Shown here in pieces: positions 9,064 to 19,218 of a stretch of DNA of 57,853 nucleotides. The notes under the pieces were generated by a model. It made no database searches and had not been told where the DNA came from. It saw nothing but the letters and a program-made list of their open reading frames with translations. Every line of letters begins with the position of its first letter. Within the stretch, counting starts at the first letter, position 1. The stretch comes from an uncultured Spirochaetales bacterium (GTDB lineage: Bacteria > Myxococcota_A > UBA9160 > PR03): contig CAYGWM010000017.1 in assembly GCA_964353555.1 (NCBI GenBank), positions 1 to 57,853 of the forward strand. The letters are read 5' to 3'. The translations under genes were made by a program, and so were the position numbers.

Positions 9064-10208
9064 GACCGCCACGAGTCGCCGCCGGCAGCGACGGGTTCCT
9101 TGGTTTGCGCTTCGCGTCGCCCGATTCCGACCAGTGTGCCGACCGCGATGAAGCTCACGAGCAGCGACGTGCGTCCGTACGAGAGGAACGGCATCGCGAT
9201 GCCCTTCGGCGGCACCATCCCCATCACGACCGCGGCGTTCAGGGCTGCGGGCACCGTGAGCAATGCAGTCATCCCCGCGGCCATCAGAAAGTTGAAACGA
9301 TCGCGCGATCGCAGCGCAATGCGGCAGCCGGCGATCAGCAGAGCCGCGAATGCGCCAATCACGAATGCGACACCGACCAAGCCCAGCTCTTCGGCGAGCA
9401 CCGAGAGCACGAAGTCGGTGTGCGCTTCGGGCAGGTAGTAGAGCTTCTGACGACCGTCGCCCAGCCCGACGCCGAAGAGGCCGCCACGCGCGAAAGCGAC
9501 GAACGACTGCACGAGCTGGAAGCCCTGGTCGTCCGCGTGCGCCCACGGATCGCGGAAGGCGAGGATGCGGTCCCAGACGTAGGGACGGAACTGGACCGCG
9601 ACTGCGAGTGCGGCGCCGAGCAGCGCGCCCGGGATCGCGAAGATCCGCAGCGGCGCGCCGGCGACGAAGAGCAGCAACGCGACGAGGCCGAGCAACACGA
9701 TGGCGCTGCCGGTATCGGGCTCGATGAAGATCAGGCCGGCGGGGACCGCTGCGAGCGCGAGTACGCCGAGCGTCCCGGTCCAGGCGCGGCGCGCAACTTG
9801 ATCGCGACTGGCGAGCATCGTCACGGCCGCCACTAGCGTCACCCAGCGCGCAAACTCGCTCGGTTGGAACTGGAAGCCGAGACCCGGAACCGTCAGCCAG
9901 CGGCGCGAGCCGTTCACCTTGTCACCGACCAGCGGGACGAGCACGAGCATCACGATGGCCGCGCCCCACAGCGGCAACGCGATTCGCTTCCAGCGCTCGG
10001 GCGTCATCCGACTCGCCGCGAACGCGAGAATCAGCCCGATCGCGAGACCCGCGAGCTGGCGCACGAAATGCGGCGGCACGAACTCGCCGGGCGCGAAGGG
10101 CGCCGTTGCGCTGTAGACCATCACGATGCCGATCGTTGCGAGCAGCGCCGTCACGATCAATACGGAACCCGTCTGCGGCAGCAGTCTGCCCGCGGTCTCA
10201 CTCGTCAC
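9051..10208 (-). CDS. ftsW: Peptidoglycan polymerase FtsW (SEDS family)
   Basis: Multi-TM; NGSRRWL, QPSEF, EPDTG, LPEAHTDF, PFLSYG; GTG 10208 overlaps the murD TGA. Confidence 0.95.
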   Translation of the reverse strand: MTSETAGRLLPQTGSVLIVTALLATIGIVMVYSATAPFAPGEFVPPHFVRQLAGLAIGLILAFAASRMTPERWKRIALPLWGAAIVMLVLVPLVGDKVNGSRRWLTVPGLGFQFQPSEFARWVTLVAAVTMLASRDQVARRAWTGTLGVLALAAVPAGLIFIEPDTGSAIVLLGLVALLLFVAGAPLRIFAIPGALLGAALAVAVQFRPYVWDRILAFRDPWAHADDQGFQLVQSFVAFARGGLFGVGLGDGRQKLYYLPEAHTDFVLSVLAEELGLVGVAFVIGAFAALLIAGCRIALRSRDRFNFLMAAGMTALLTVPAALNAAVVMGMVPPKGIAMPFLSYGRTSLLVSFIAVGTLVGIGRREAQTKEPVAAGGDSWRSWSP

Positions 10209-11545
10209 GTGTTTTCCCCCTGCGCTGCGATCCATGCGCGCGCGGCTTTGCCGAAGCGTTCGCCGCGATCTTCGTAGTTGCGGAACTGGTCGAAGCTCGC
10301 GCACGCCGGCGAGAGCAGCACCACGTCACCGGCGCGCGCCACTTCCGCTGCGATTGCGACGGCATCCTCGATGCAGGGCGCGCGGCGCACTGGCAGACGC
10401 CCGGCGATGGCGGCTTCGATCGCACCGGCCGCTTCGCCGATCAGCACCACGGCGCGCGCGCGCTTCACCGCGAGATCGGCGAGCGGGCGCAGATCGACGC
10501 CCTTGTTGCGGCCGCCAGCGATCCAGACCGCGGGCCCCGTGAGTGATTCGAGTGCGAGACGCGCAGCGTCGGGATTCGTGGCCTTCGAGTCGTTCACGAA
10601 CGCGACGCCGCCGAAGCGCGCCACGACCTCGCGCCGATGTGGCGGCGGCGTGAAACCCTGCAGCGCGGTAGCGGCCTTCGCGACGTCGGCGCCGACGGCC
10701 CGGCACGCGAGCAGCGCGGCGAGCACGTCTTCCACCGGCGGCGCAGCGTCCGCGCTCTCGAGCGCCTCGAGCACGATGCGCTGCGTCTCCGCGCCGTCGC
10801 GAAACACCGCGCAGCCGGCATCCCAGAACGCGCCGTGTTCGACCGCGTTGCGCGCCGAGAACAGCCATGTGTGGCCGCGACTCTGCTCTGCAATGCCGCG
10901 CGCCGCATCGTCGTCGGCGCAGGCGATCGCGACGTCCTCACGCTGCTGCCGCGCGACGATGCGCGCTTTGGCCGCAACGTAGCCCGCGAAGTCGCCGTGC
11001 CGGTCGAGGTGATCGGGCGTGATGTTCAGGATCACCGCGGCCCGCGGTCGGAACGCGTCGACGGCTTCGAGCTGGAACGATGAGACTTCGAGCACCGCGA
11101 CGTCGAGCGGGCGTCCCACCAGTTCGAGCGCAGGGCGCCCGATGTTGCCGGCTGCCTCCGCGCGCAGGCCCGCAGCCAACAGCATGCGTGAACACAGTTC
11201 GGTGGTGGTTGTCTTGCCGTTCGTTCCGGTGATCGCGATCACCGGAACCGTCAGCGAGCGGAACGCGAGCTCGACGTCGCCGAGTGCGCGCCGCGCCGAC
11301 GCGAAGCGCACAGCCGGCACGCCCGGGCTCGGCACCACCAGATCGAATGCGCTGGGATCCGGGAACGGCTCGCCGAGGCGAAGTTCCACGTGACCACGCA
11401 GCGCGTCGAGTTCTTCGATCAGCTCGGGTGCACGCTCATCGGCCGCGACGACGTCGGCCCCGCGGGCAGCCAGGAACCGGGCCGCGCTGCGACCGGAGCG
11501 GCCGAGACCGAGCACCAGTACGCGCTGCCCGGTGACGTCTAGCAT
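10205..11545 (-). CDS. murD: UDP-N-acetylmuramoyl-L-alanine--D-glutamate ligase
   Basis: VLGLGRSG, SPGV, TGTNGKTTT, EVSSFQL, DHLDRH, NDSKATN, LSPACASFDQF. Confidence 0.97.
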   Translation of the reverse strand: MLDVTGQRVLVLGLGRSGRSAARFLAARGADVVAADERAPELIEELDALRGHVELRLGEPFPDPSAFDLVVPSPGVPAVRFASARRALGDVELAFRSLTVPVIAITGTNGKTTTTELCSRMLLAAGLRAEAAGNIGRPALELVGRPLDVAVLEVSSFQLEAVDAFRPRAAVILNITPDHLDRHGDFAGYVAAKARIVARQQREDVAIACADDDAARGIAEQSRGHTWLFSARNAVEHGAFWDAGCAVFRDGAETQRIVLEALESADAAPPVEDVLAALLACRAVGADVAKAATALQGFTPPPHRREVVARFGGVAFVNDSKATNPDAARLALESLTGPAVWIAGGRNKGVDLRPLADLAVKRARAVVLIGEAAGAIEAAIAGRLPVRRAPCIEDAVAIAAEVARAGDVVLLSPACASFDQFRNYEDRGERFGKAARAWIAAQGENT

Positions 11546-12621
11546 CAGCGCAGCTTCAGCGAGGAGAGGGCAACCAGGCCGAGGATCGCGGAGATGATCC
11601 AGAAGCGGATCACGATCGTCTGCTCGTGCCAGCCCATCTTCTCGAAGTGGTGGTGGATCGGCGCCATCAGGAAGACGCGCTTCCCAGTCAGCCGAAACCA
11701 GCTCACCTGGATCATCACCGAGAGTGTCTCGATCACGAAGATGCCGCCGACGACACCGAGCAGGATCTCCTGGCGGATCAACACCGCGATCGTGCCGAGC
11801 GCGCCGCCGAGCGCGAGCGAACCGACGTCGCCCATGAAGAGGTTCGCTGGATAGGCGTTGAACCACAGGAACGCGAGACCGCCGCCAACCATTGCGCCGC
11901 AGAAGATCGGGAGCTGGTCCGCGCCGGCGACGTACTTGATCGCGAGATAGTCCGCGATCTTCACGTGCCCGGCGGCGTAGGAGAGCAACAAGAACGTGCC
12001 GGCGGCAATCATCACCGGGCCGATCGCGAGGCCGTCGAGGCCGTCGGTGAGATTCACGCCGTTGCTGGCGCCGACGATCACGATCACCGCGAGCGGGATG
12101 TAGAGGATGCCGAGGTTGGGCGTGAAGTCCTTGAAAAACGGAACCGACAGCTCGCGATCGAAGCTCGGATCGGTGTAGATCGCGATCGCCACCGCGGTGG
12201 CGATGACGACCTGCCCGAGGATCTTCGCGCGCGCCGAGAGGCCCGCCTCGTTCCGCTTCTTCGTGACCTTCTGGTAGTCGTCGAGGAAGCCCAGCGTTCC
12301 GTAGCCGATCGTCACGCCGACGACGATCCAGACCAGGCGGTTCTCCAGATTCGCCCAGAGCAGCACCGAGATCAGCAGCGAGAGCAGGATCAACAGGCCG
12401 CCCATCGTCGGTGTGCCGGCCTTCGATTGATGCGCAGGACCGATCTGGCGGATCGGTTGCCCCGCGCGCAGTCGGGCGAGCGATCGGATCAGTGTCGGGC
12501 CGACGAGGAACGCGATGAAGAGCGCCGTGAGCGAGGCCGCCGCAGTGCGGAACGTGACGTAGCGGACCACGTTGAGTCCGGGAATCTCCGACGACATCGA
12601 GTAGAGCAGGTGGTAGAGCAT
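11545..12621 (-). CDS. mraY: Phospho-N-acetylmuramoyl-pentapeptide transferase
   Basis: KAGTPTMGG, GFLDDY, NLTDGLDG, FMGDVGS, MAPIHHHFE. Confidence 0.98.
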   Translation of the reverse strand: MLYHLLYSMSSEIPGLNVVRYVTFRTAAASLTALFIAFLVGPTLIRSLARLRAGQPIRQIGPAHQSKAGTPTMGGLLILLSLLISVLLWANLENRLVWIVVGVTIGYGTLGFLDDYQKVTKKRNEAGLSARAKILGQVVIATAVAIAIYTDPSFDRELSVPFFKDFTPNLGILYIPLAVIVIVGASNGVNLTDGLDGLAIGPVMIAAGTFLLLSYAAGHVKIADYLAIKYVAGADQLPIFCGAMVGGGLAFLWFNAYPANLFMGDVGSLALGGALGTIAVLIRQEILLGVVGGIFVIETLSVMIQVSWFRLTGKRVFLMAPIHHHFEKMGWHEQTIVIRFWIISAILGLVALSSLKLR

Positions 12622-14046
12622 CTAGGGCTCCGCCTCGGCCGCGGACGCGGATCCGTTCTGCGAGAGCGCCTGCACGACGCGCTCCATTTTCATCGAGCGC
12701 GAGCCCTTCACCAGCACCCAGTCGCTGCCGCGCAGCACTGCGCGCACGCGGCTCGCGAGATCGTCGTGGTCGCTGCCGGCGATCGCGCGCTCGCGCGGAA
12801 GGCCGCCCGCGACGGCGCCGGCCACGACGTCGCCCGCGTGCTCGCCGAGGGCAAACACGAAGTCGATGCCCAGTTCGGCGGCGAGGCGACCGGCTTCGCG
12901 GTGCGCGCCCTGCGCGGTGTCGCCGAGTTCGCCCATGTCGCCGAGTACCGCGAGGCCGCGGCTCGAACCCTTCAGTTCGGCGAGAGATCGCAGCGCGACT
13001 TCCATCGACTGGGGGTTGGCGTTGTAGGTGTCGTTCAGCAGGATCACGTTGCGCGGCAGCGCCACCGGTTCCAGGCGACCGCTGGGAGGCCGGTAGTCTT
13101 CGAGGCCGGCCCCGACGTCGTCGAGCGTCGCGCCCGCCGCGAGCGCCGCAGTGGCCGCGGCGAGTGCATTCAGCACGGGGATCTGTCCGATGCCGGCGAC
13201 GCGCACCGACGCGCGTCCCGCCGGCGCGATCAGCTCGAACGCACAGCCGCGCTCGCCGAGCGCGACGACATGTTCAGCGCGCACATCGGCGCCGATCTCG
13301 CGCCCGAAGGTGACCGCGCGCGCCTTGGTGCGCGCGAGCTGCGCGACGACGCGCGGGTCGTCGAAGTTCGCGACCGCGACGGCGTCCTCGCCGAGCGCCT
13401 CGAAGAGCGCTCCCTTTTCGCGCGCGATCGCGTCCTGCGAGCCCAGATTCTCGATGTGCGCGGTGCCGACGTTGGTGATCAGGCCGACGGTGGGCCTGGC
13501 GATTGCCGCGAGCGGCGCGGTCTCGCCGGCGTGATTCATGCCGATCTCGACCACCGCGGCGCGCTGCGATTCGTCGCGCCGCAACAGCGTGAGCGGGAGT
13601 CCGTACTGGTTGTTGAGGTTGCCCTCGGTCTTCAGGCAGGGCGCGCGCACCGCGAGGATCGCTGCGCACATCTCCTTGGTCGTGGTCTTGCCGTTGCTGC
13701 CGGTGATCGCGACGACGGGGCCTCGGAAGGTCGCGCGATGGCCCGCCGCGAGCAGTCCGAGCGCGCGGGTCGTATCGCCGACCGCGACGATCGCGCAGCG
13801 CGCGCGCACGGCGCCGGGAATCGCAGCGCCGGCTTCGACGAGCAGACATGCGGCGCCGGCGTTCGCGGCGTCCTGCAGGAACGCGTGGGCGTCGTGGTTC
13901 GGACCGCGGATCGCGATGAACAGGGAGCCCGGCTCGACGCGTCGCGAGTCGATGCTGACGCCGCGGCACTCACGGCGCGCATCGCCCGCGAGCAGGGTGC
14001 CGCAACTCCAGCGGACGACATCATCGATGCCGAGGCGAGCGCTCAC
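12622..14046 (-). CDS. murF: UDP-N-acetylmuramoyl-tripeptide--D-Ala-D-Ala ligase
   Basis: SIDSR, TGSNGKTTTK, NNQYGLP, EIGMNHAGE, DTYNANP, LVKGSR; RBS GGGGGAG before GTG. Confidence 0.97.
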   Translation of the reverse strand: MSARLGIDDVVRWSCGTLLAGDARRECRGVSIDSRRVEPGSLFIAIRGPNHDAHAFLQDAANAGAACLLVEAGAAIPGAVRARCAIVAVGDTTRALGLLAAGHRATFRGPVVAITGSNGKTTTKEMCAAILAVRAPCLKTEGNLNNQYGLPLTLLRRDESQRAAVVEIGMNHAGETAPLAAIARPTVGLITNVGTAHIENLGSQDAIAREKGALFEALGEDAVAVANFDDPRVVAQLARTKARAVTFGREIGADVRAEHVVALGERGCAFELIAPAGRASVRVAGIGQIPVLNALAAATAALAAGATLDDVGAGLEDYRPPSGRLEPVALPRNVILLNDTYNANPQSMEVALRSLAELKGSSRGLAVLGDMGELGDTAQGAHREAGRLAAELGIDFVFALGEHAGDVVAGAVAGGLPRERAIAGSDHDDLASRVRAVLRGSDWVLVKGSRSMKMERVVQALSQNGSASAAEAEP

Positions 14047-14062
14047 CGCGAACTCCCCCTGG

Positions 14063-15610
14063 TCATCGGGTTCGGAGCCTCCCGGCGAGCGCGCGACGCG
14101 CTTCGATGCGGTCGTCGAACGGAAGTCGCTCGCGGCCGACGATCTGGTAGTCCTCGTGGCCCTTGCCGGCGATCACCACGGTGTCGATTCCGCGCGCGAT
14201 CCCGATCGCCAGCTGGATCGCCGCGCGCCGATCGGCCAGGCACGCATAGGACGCGTCGACGCCGTCGAGGTCGGCGGGTTCGACGCGGCGCAGCCGCCGC
14301 AGGCCGAGCTCGACGTCGGTGAGGATCGCCTCGGGATCTTCGCTGCGCGGATTGTCACTGGTTGCGATGGCGCGGTCGCTCCAGCGCGCGACCGCTTCGG
14401 CCATCGGCGCACGCTTGGTGCGGTCGCGATCGCCACCGCAGCCGAACACCGTGATCAGCCGCCCGCGGGCCATCGGGCGCACCGTGCGCAGCAACTTGTC
14501 GACGGCATCGGGCGTGTGCGCGTAGTCGACGAGGACGGTCGGCGTCTCGGCGAGGCCCGCGTCGACGCGCTCGACGCGACCCGGCACCTGCGGGCACGAC
14601 TCGACGCCAGTTGCGATCGCCGAAGCGGGGATATCGAGGCCGACCGCGACACCGACCGCCACCAGCAGATTCTCGACGTTGAAGTCGCCGAGCAGCGGCA
14701 GCGCGACTTCGAGCGGGCCCGACGGCAAGCGCAGCCGCACGCGCGTACCGCCGAGGTCTACGTGCGCTTCTGGCGCCGCCACGTCGACGCCCGGTCCGGG
14801 TTTGCGCGCCACACAAATCGGTCGGCCGCCGCCGTCGCGCGCGGCGGCGAGGAACTCGGCGGCAGCGGGATCGTCGAGATTCACCACCGCCGCCGCTCCC
14901 GGCCGTAGGTGTTCCCGGAATAGCCGCGTCTTCGCGAGGCGATATGCCTCCATCGTCTCATGGAAGTCGAGGTGGTCCTGCGTGACGTTGGTGAACGCGG
15001 CGGCTTCGAAGCGGCAGCCATCCGTGCGTCCGATCGCCAGCGCGTGCGACGAGACCTCCATCGCGACGGCGTCGATGCCGCGGGTTCGCATCGCGCGCAG
15101 CAAGCGTTGGAGTTCGAGGCTCTCGGGAGTCGTGTTCACCGAGCGTAGATGCTCGCCGGCGTAGCGCACTTCGACCGTACCGATCAGCCCGGGACGACGC
15201 CCGGCGGCACCAAGGATCGATTCCAACAGGTACGTGGTGCTGGTCTTCCCATTGGTTCCAGTGACGCCGATCAGAGACAGCTCTTCGGACGGATGGCCGA
15301 AGAAGAGCGCGGAGAGCGGAGCGAGGCTCTGGCGTGCGTCGCGTACTGCGACGGCGGGGCGCCCGCGCAGGTCGATGCCGGCCGGGATGCGCTCGACGAC
15401 GACGGCGGCGGCGCCGCGGTCGATTGCCTGCTGCAGATGCTCGTGGCCGTCGACCGCCGAGCCGCGCAGCGCGACGAAGAGGTCACCGGGCACGACGGCG
15501 CGGGAGTCGATTGCAATGCCACGGATCGGCGTATCGTCCTCGTGCTCGCCCTCGATGCGCAGAACGCCCCGTTCGGGAGGCAGGCCCGCTAGCAGCGCGG
15601 CCAGGCGCAT
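14063..15610 (-). CDS. murE: UDP-N-acetylmuramoyl-L-Ala-D-Glu--meso-DAP ligase
   Basis: TGTNGKTS, EVSSH, DHLDFH, DYAHTPD, FGCGGDRD, DNPR (DAP-specificity motif), GKGHE. Confidence 0.97.
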   Translation of the reverse strand: MRLAALLAGLPPERGVLRIEGEHEDDTPIRGIAIDSRAVVPGDLFVALRGSAVDGHEHLQQAIDRGAAAVVVERIPAGIDLRGRPAVAVRDARQSLAPLSALFFGHPSEELSLIGVTGTNGKTSTTYLLESILGAAGRRPGLIGTVEVRYAGEHLRSVNTTPESLELQRLLRAMRTRGIDAVAMEVSSHALAIGRTDGCRFEAAAFTNVTQDHLDFHETMEAYRLAKTRLFREHLRPGAAAVVNLDDPAAAEFLAAARDGGGRPICVARKPGPGVDVAAPEAHVDLGGTRVRLRLPSGPLEVALPLLGDFNVENLLVAVGVAVGLDIPASAIATGVESCPQVPGRVERVDAGLAETPTVLVDYAHTPDAVDKLLRTVRPMARGRLITVFGCGGDRDRTKRAPMAEAVARWSDRAIATSDNPRSEDPEAILTDVELGLRRLRRVEPADLDGVDASYACLADRRAAIQLAIGIARGIDTVVIAGKGHEDYQIVGRERLPFDDRIEARRALAGRLRTR

Positions 15611-17616
15611 CAGCCCTCTCCTCCGGGCTCGGTAAAGCGCACCCGCAGCCGGGTGCGTCCGTCCGAGATCACCGTACCGGGATCGGGCTCTTGCGCCACC
15701 GCGCGACCACGACCGAATACTTCGAGCTCGACGGGTGCTTGGGACACGATGCGTTTCACCTCGGCCACGGTGAGTCCGTGCAGATCGGGGACGAGCAGGC
15801 GCCCCTCTTGCTGGACCACGGATTCGCCGAGTTTCTCGTCGACTGCGTTCGCGTTGGCGTTGCGTTGCGGCTGCGAGTCCGGCTTCGCAGTCGGAGCGGT
15901 GGTGGCGGTGCGCGTCGTCGGTGTGGGCGGGAGCAGCGGCTCGGTGGGAATGCCGAGCTGCGTCAGCAGGGCGCCGGCAACGCGAGCGAATACAGGCGCC
16001 GCGACGGCGCCGCCCGTGTGGACGCCGCGGGGCTCGTCGATGCCCACCGCGATCGCGACGCGCGGCGCTTCGATCGGCGCCAGACCGATGAACCACGCGA
16101 CGTACTTGTCGTTTGCGTAGTGCCCGCCGTTGAGCTTCTGCGCGGTCCCGGTCTTGCCGCCGACCCGTACGCCGCGAAGTTGCGCACGCTTACCGGTGCC
16201 GCCTTCGCCGCTGACCACGCCTTCCATCATCGCGCGCATCGCAGCGGCCGTCTCGGGTGACACCGCGCGACGGGCTTCGGCCGCTGGCGTCGCCTCCCAC
16301 TTGCCGCCCGGCCGCCGGCGTCCGCGTACGATCTGCGGCTTTCTCCAGACGCCTTCGTTGCCGAGTGCGGCCGTAGCGGCTGCGAGCTGCAGCGCGGTGA
16401 CGCTGACGCCCTGGCCGAATGCGACCGTTGCCGCATCGACCGGTCGCCAGCGCGTGTAGCTGCGAAGGATCCCGCTCGACTCGTCCGGAAAACCGCTGCC
16501 GGAGCGCTCCCCGAAGCCGAAACGCCGGAGCGTTTCGTAGTGGCGCTGCGGTCCGAGCCTCTGTCCGATCTTCACGGCGCCCACGTTGCTCGAATGGCGA
16601 AGGATGCCCGCGACGTCGAGCGAAGGCCGCGGGTGGAGGTCCTTGATCTGCTTGCCCGGGACGTAGAGACCACCGCGCAGGTCGAAGACGTCGGTCGGTC
16701 GCACGACGCCGGCATCGACTGCCGCGGCGATCAAGAAGGTCTTGAAGGTGGATCCCGGCTCGACGGCGTCGGTGAAGTTACGCGCGCGTGTGTCGGGGAA
16801 GGAGAGGTGCCGGAAGTCGTTCGGGTCGAAGCGCGGCTGTTCGGCGAGCGCGAGCACTTCGCCGCTGCGCGGATCGATCGCGACGACAAAACCACCGCGC
16901 GCCTTCGCCGACGCAATGCCGTCGGCGAGTGCCTGCTCGGTCTCGGCCTGCATCGCGATGTCGATGGTGAGCTCGACGTCGCCACCGACCGTCGTGTTGC
17001 GCTCGAGTCCGGGCCCGAGCAGCAGTTGTCCTCGCGCGTCGCGCTCGACCGCAACGCGGCGCGGCTGCCCGAGCAGCCACTTATTCTCCTGCTGCTCGAT
17101 GCCGCGTACGCCCGCGCCGTCCATGTTCGAGAAGCCGACGAGACTCGCGGCGAGCGCGCCGAACGGATACGCGCGACGCGGCTCTTCGACGATTCCGATC
17201 CCGGGGAGTCCTCGCGCCATCAGCACTTCGACGCGCTTGGGGTCGACCCAGCGCTCGATGTAGACGAAAGAGCGGCGCTGCGAGAGTCGCTCTAGTGCAC
17301 GCTTCGCGTCGGTACCGAGGATACGGGCGACCTCGGCGGCGGTCGCCGCCGGATCCTGCACGGCGGGCGGCACGCCGTACACCGCGGGCACCGCGACGGT
17401 GAGCGCGAGTTCGTTGCCCTGCCGGTCGACGATGCGACCCCGTTCGGGCGGCAGTGAGAGCGCGGTGTCGAGCTGACTCACGCCGCGCTGCTCGCCGCGC
17501 TCGGCGTACAGTGTCAGATGTGCCGCTCGAACCGTGAGCGCGAGAAACGCGGCGAGCACCACCGTCTCGGCGATGCGCAGCCGCACGCGCAGCGGTCGGA
17601 GGTCGGCGGCTCTCAC
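15610..17616 (-). CDS. ftsI: Penicillin-binding protein 3/FtsI (transpeptidase with C-terminal PASTA domain)
   Basis: RGRIVDR, STFK (SxxK), SSN (SxN), KTGTAQK; C-terminal VPDLHGL..AQEPDPG PASTA-like segment; GTG 17616 overlaps the ftsL stop. Confidence 0.95.
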   Translation of the reverse strand: MRAADLRPLRVRLRIAETVVLAAFLALTVRAAHLTLYAERGEQRGVSQLDTALSLPPERGRIVDRQGNELALTVAVPAVYGVPPAVQDPAATAAEVARILGTDAKRALERLSQRRSFVYIERWVDPKRVEVLMARGLPGIGIVEEPRRAYPFGALAASLVGFSNMDGAGVRGIEQQENKWLLGQPRRVAVERDARGQLLLGPGLERNTTVGGDVELTIDIAMQAETEQALADGIASAKARGGFVVAIDPRSGEVLALAEQPRFDPNDFRHLSFPDTRARNFTDAVEPGSTFKTFLIAAAVDAGVVRPTDVFDLRGGLYVPGKQIKDLHPRPSLDVAGILRHSSNVGAVKIGQRLGPQRHYETLRRFGFGERSGSGFPDESSGILRSYTRWRPVDAATVAFGQGVSVTALQLAAATAALGNEGVWRKPQIVRGRRRPGGKWEATPAAEARRAVSPETAAAMRAMMEGVVSGEGGTGKRAQLRGVRVGGKTGTAQKLNGGHYANDKYVAWFIGLAPIEAPRVAIAVGIDEPRGVHTGGAVAAPVFARVAGALLTQLGIPTEPLLPPTPTTRTATTAPTAKPDSQPQRNANANAVDEKLGESVVQQEGRLLVPDLHGLTVAEVKRIVSQAPVELEVFGRGRAVAQEPDPGTVISDGRTRLRVRFTEPGGEG

Positions 17617-18071
17617 GGAGGTCCGCCTGCGGGCGCGGAAGGCGGCTGCGCCAGCGCACTCACCCATTCGGGTCGCGCGAGACCGAGCGAACGCCCGAGG
17701 GCGGCCAGTCGCACCGGATGCCGCAGCTGTTGCTGCTCGACGGTGAGTCGGCGCTGCTCTTCGAGCAGCAGCTGCTCGTTCTGCATGGAACTCGCGAGTC
17801 GGTAGCGCAGATCGATCGACTCGGTTCGGAGCTGCACCAGTACCAGCGCGGCGGCGAGACCGCCGGCGGCGATCGCAACCCACGCGCTGCGCGGGACGGA
17901 ACGGCGTTCGCGGCGCAGCTCGGGCGCCGACAGATCCTGGCCGGTGGCGATGGGCGGAACGCCGCGAGGCCCGCGGCCGCGCGTCCGCGGTCCTACGCGC
18001 GCCCGCTGGCGCCGCGACGGAGCGGCGGGTCGCGATCGCAAGTCCCTGCCAGTCGTCTTTCGGGTGTCCAT
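17613..18071 (-). CDS. ftsL: Cell division protein FtsL-like
   Basis: Arg-rich N-terminal tail, one TM (WVAIAAGGLAAALVLV), coiled coil ending LRHPVRLAALG..LGL..P; lies between rsmH and ftsI. Confidence 0.8.
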   Translation of the reverse strand: MDTRKTTGRDLRSRPAAPSRRQRARVGPRTRGRGPRGVPPIATGQDLSAPELRRERRSVPRSAWVAIAAGGLAAALVLVQLRTESIDLRYRLASSMQNEQLLLEEQRRLTVEQQQLRHPVRLAALGRSLGLARPEWVSALAQPPSAPAGGPP

Positions 18072-19030
18072 CAGGCTGCCTCCGGTAATCGCTCGGCGAC
18101 GCGAAGTCGGACCGAGCGGGCGCGCGGGTTTTCGCGCAGCTCCTCGGCGCTGGCTTGCACGGCGCGCGGCGTGACGATGCGCACGCGCGGCTTTCGGCCG
18201 CAGGTGCAGACGGGTTGGCGGGGCGGGCAGACGCAACCGCGCGCTTCCGCGCGCAGGCGTTGCTTCACGAGCCGGTCTTCCAACGAGTGATACGAGAGCA
18301 CGACGAGGCGACCGCCGGGCACCAGCGCATCCATGGCCGCGTCGATCGCGTCGGCGAGTGCGCCGAGTTCGTCGTTCACGGCGATTCGCAGCGCTTGGAA
18401 TACCAACGTCGCAGGATGGTGACGGCGCCCGCCGCCGACCCGGGCGTGTTCGATGACGCGCAGCAGGTCGCGCACGGTGCGGAGCGGGGCATGGCGACGC
18501 GTCTCGTCGATGGCGCGGGCCAATCGGTGTGCTCCGGGCAGCTCTCCGTATTCGCGCAGCCATCGTTCGATCTCTGCCGCGCTGGCGCTCGACAACAGAT
18601 CGGCGGCGGTGGCCGGAAGACGTTGGTCCATGCGCATGTCGAGCGGCGTCACGTCCGCCGTTTCCTCGGAAAAACGAAAGCCCCGTTCTGGGGCATCGAG
18701 CTGTCGGGAGGAGACACCGAGATCGAGCAACACCGCGTCGACCCGCGCCCACTCGAGCTTTTGGAGTACGCTCCGAAGCTCGCGAAATGACGCTTGTTCG
18801 AGATGGACGCGGTCGCCGGCGGGAGCGAGCCGCGCGGCAGCGGCCGCGAGCGCCTCCCCATCGACGTCGAGTCCAAGCAAAGTGCCGGTAGGACCGATCA
18901 GCCGGAGAATCGCCTCGGCGTGACCACCACCGCCGACCGTCCCATCCACCACGTGGTGGCCCGGTCGGAGGGCGAGCCCGTCGAGGCTTTCGCAGAGTAG
19001 AACGGGCCGGTGGTGGAAGGAGCCGGCCAT
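18071..19030 (-). CDS. rsmH: 16S rRNA m4C1402 methyltransferase RsmH (MraW)
   Basis: HRPVLL, DGTVGGGGHA, LLDLGVSS.QLD..ERGF, FQALRIAVNDEL, SYHSLEDR, NPRARS. Confidence 0.97.
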   Translation of the reverse strand: MAGSFHHRPVLLCESLDGLALRPGHHVVDGTVGGGGHAEAILRLIGPTGTLLGLDVDGEALAAAAARLAPAGDRVHLEQASFRELRSVLQKLEWARVDAVLLDLGVSSRQLDAPERGFRFSEETADVTPLDMRMDQRLPATAADLLSSASAAEIERWLREYGELPGAHRLARAIDETRRHAPLRTVRDLLRVIEHARVGGGRRHHPATLVFQALRIAVNDELGALADAIDAAMDALVPGGRLVVLSYHSLEDRLVKQRLRAEARGCVCPPRQPVCTCGRKPRVRIVTPRAVQASAEELRENPRARSVRLRVAERLPEAA

Positions 19031-19050
19031 GTGCGAAGTCTCCAGCTGCC

Positions 19051-19192
19051 TTCTCGACGGCATCCGCCGCCGAGAAAAAAGGGGTGCCTCGGAGCCCCTG
19101 AGAATGCGGTTCGAACCCCCCTTTTCTCCCCGCATTCCATGTTGGGGCTCCGAGAACACCCCCTCTCGATCGGAGACATTGCTGTCTCCGAT
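19051..19192 (-). ncRNA. Candidate structured cis-regulatory RNA/attenuator in the mraZ-rsmH spacer
   Basis: Three helices read directly: 10-bp stem 19169-78/19183-92 with a GCAA tetraloop on the transcribed strand; nested rod 19081-86/19157-62, 19088-98/19144-54, 19102-09/19130-37 followed by U6; 11-bp stem 19051-61/19066-76. Confidence 0.5.
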
Positions 19193-19218
19193 CCCCCCAG
19201 CGTGTCGAACCTCTCCCC

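Noticed and set aside
11626-14322. 898-aa plus-strand ORF
   Set aside because: Antisense shadow of mraY/murF in high-GC DNA; no motifs
19100-19125. tRNA or other known RNA (GGTTCGAACC T-loop-like motif) in the mraZ-rsmH spacer
   Set aside because: No T-stem, acceptor stem or cloverleaf; no RNase P, SRP (helix 8) or tmRNA consensus recognised
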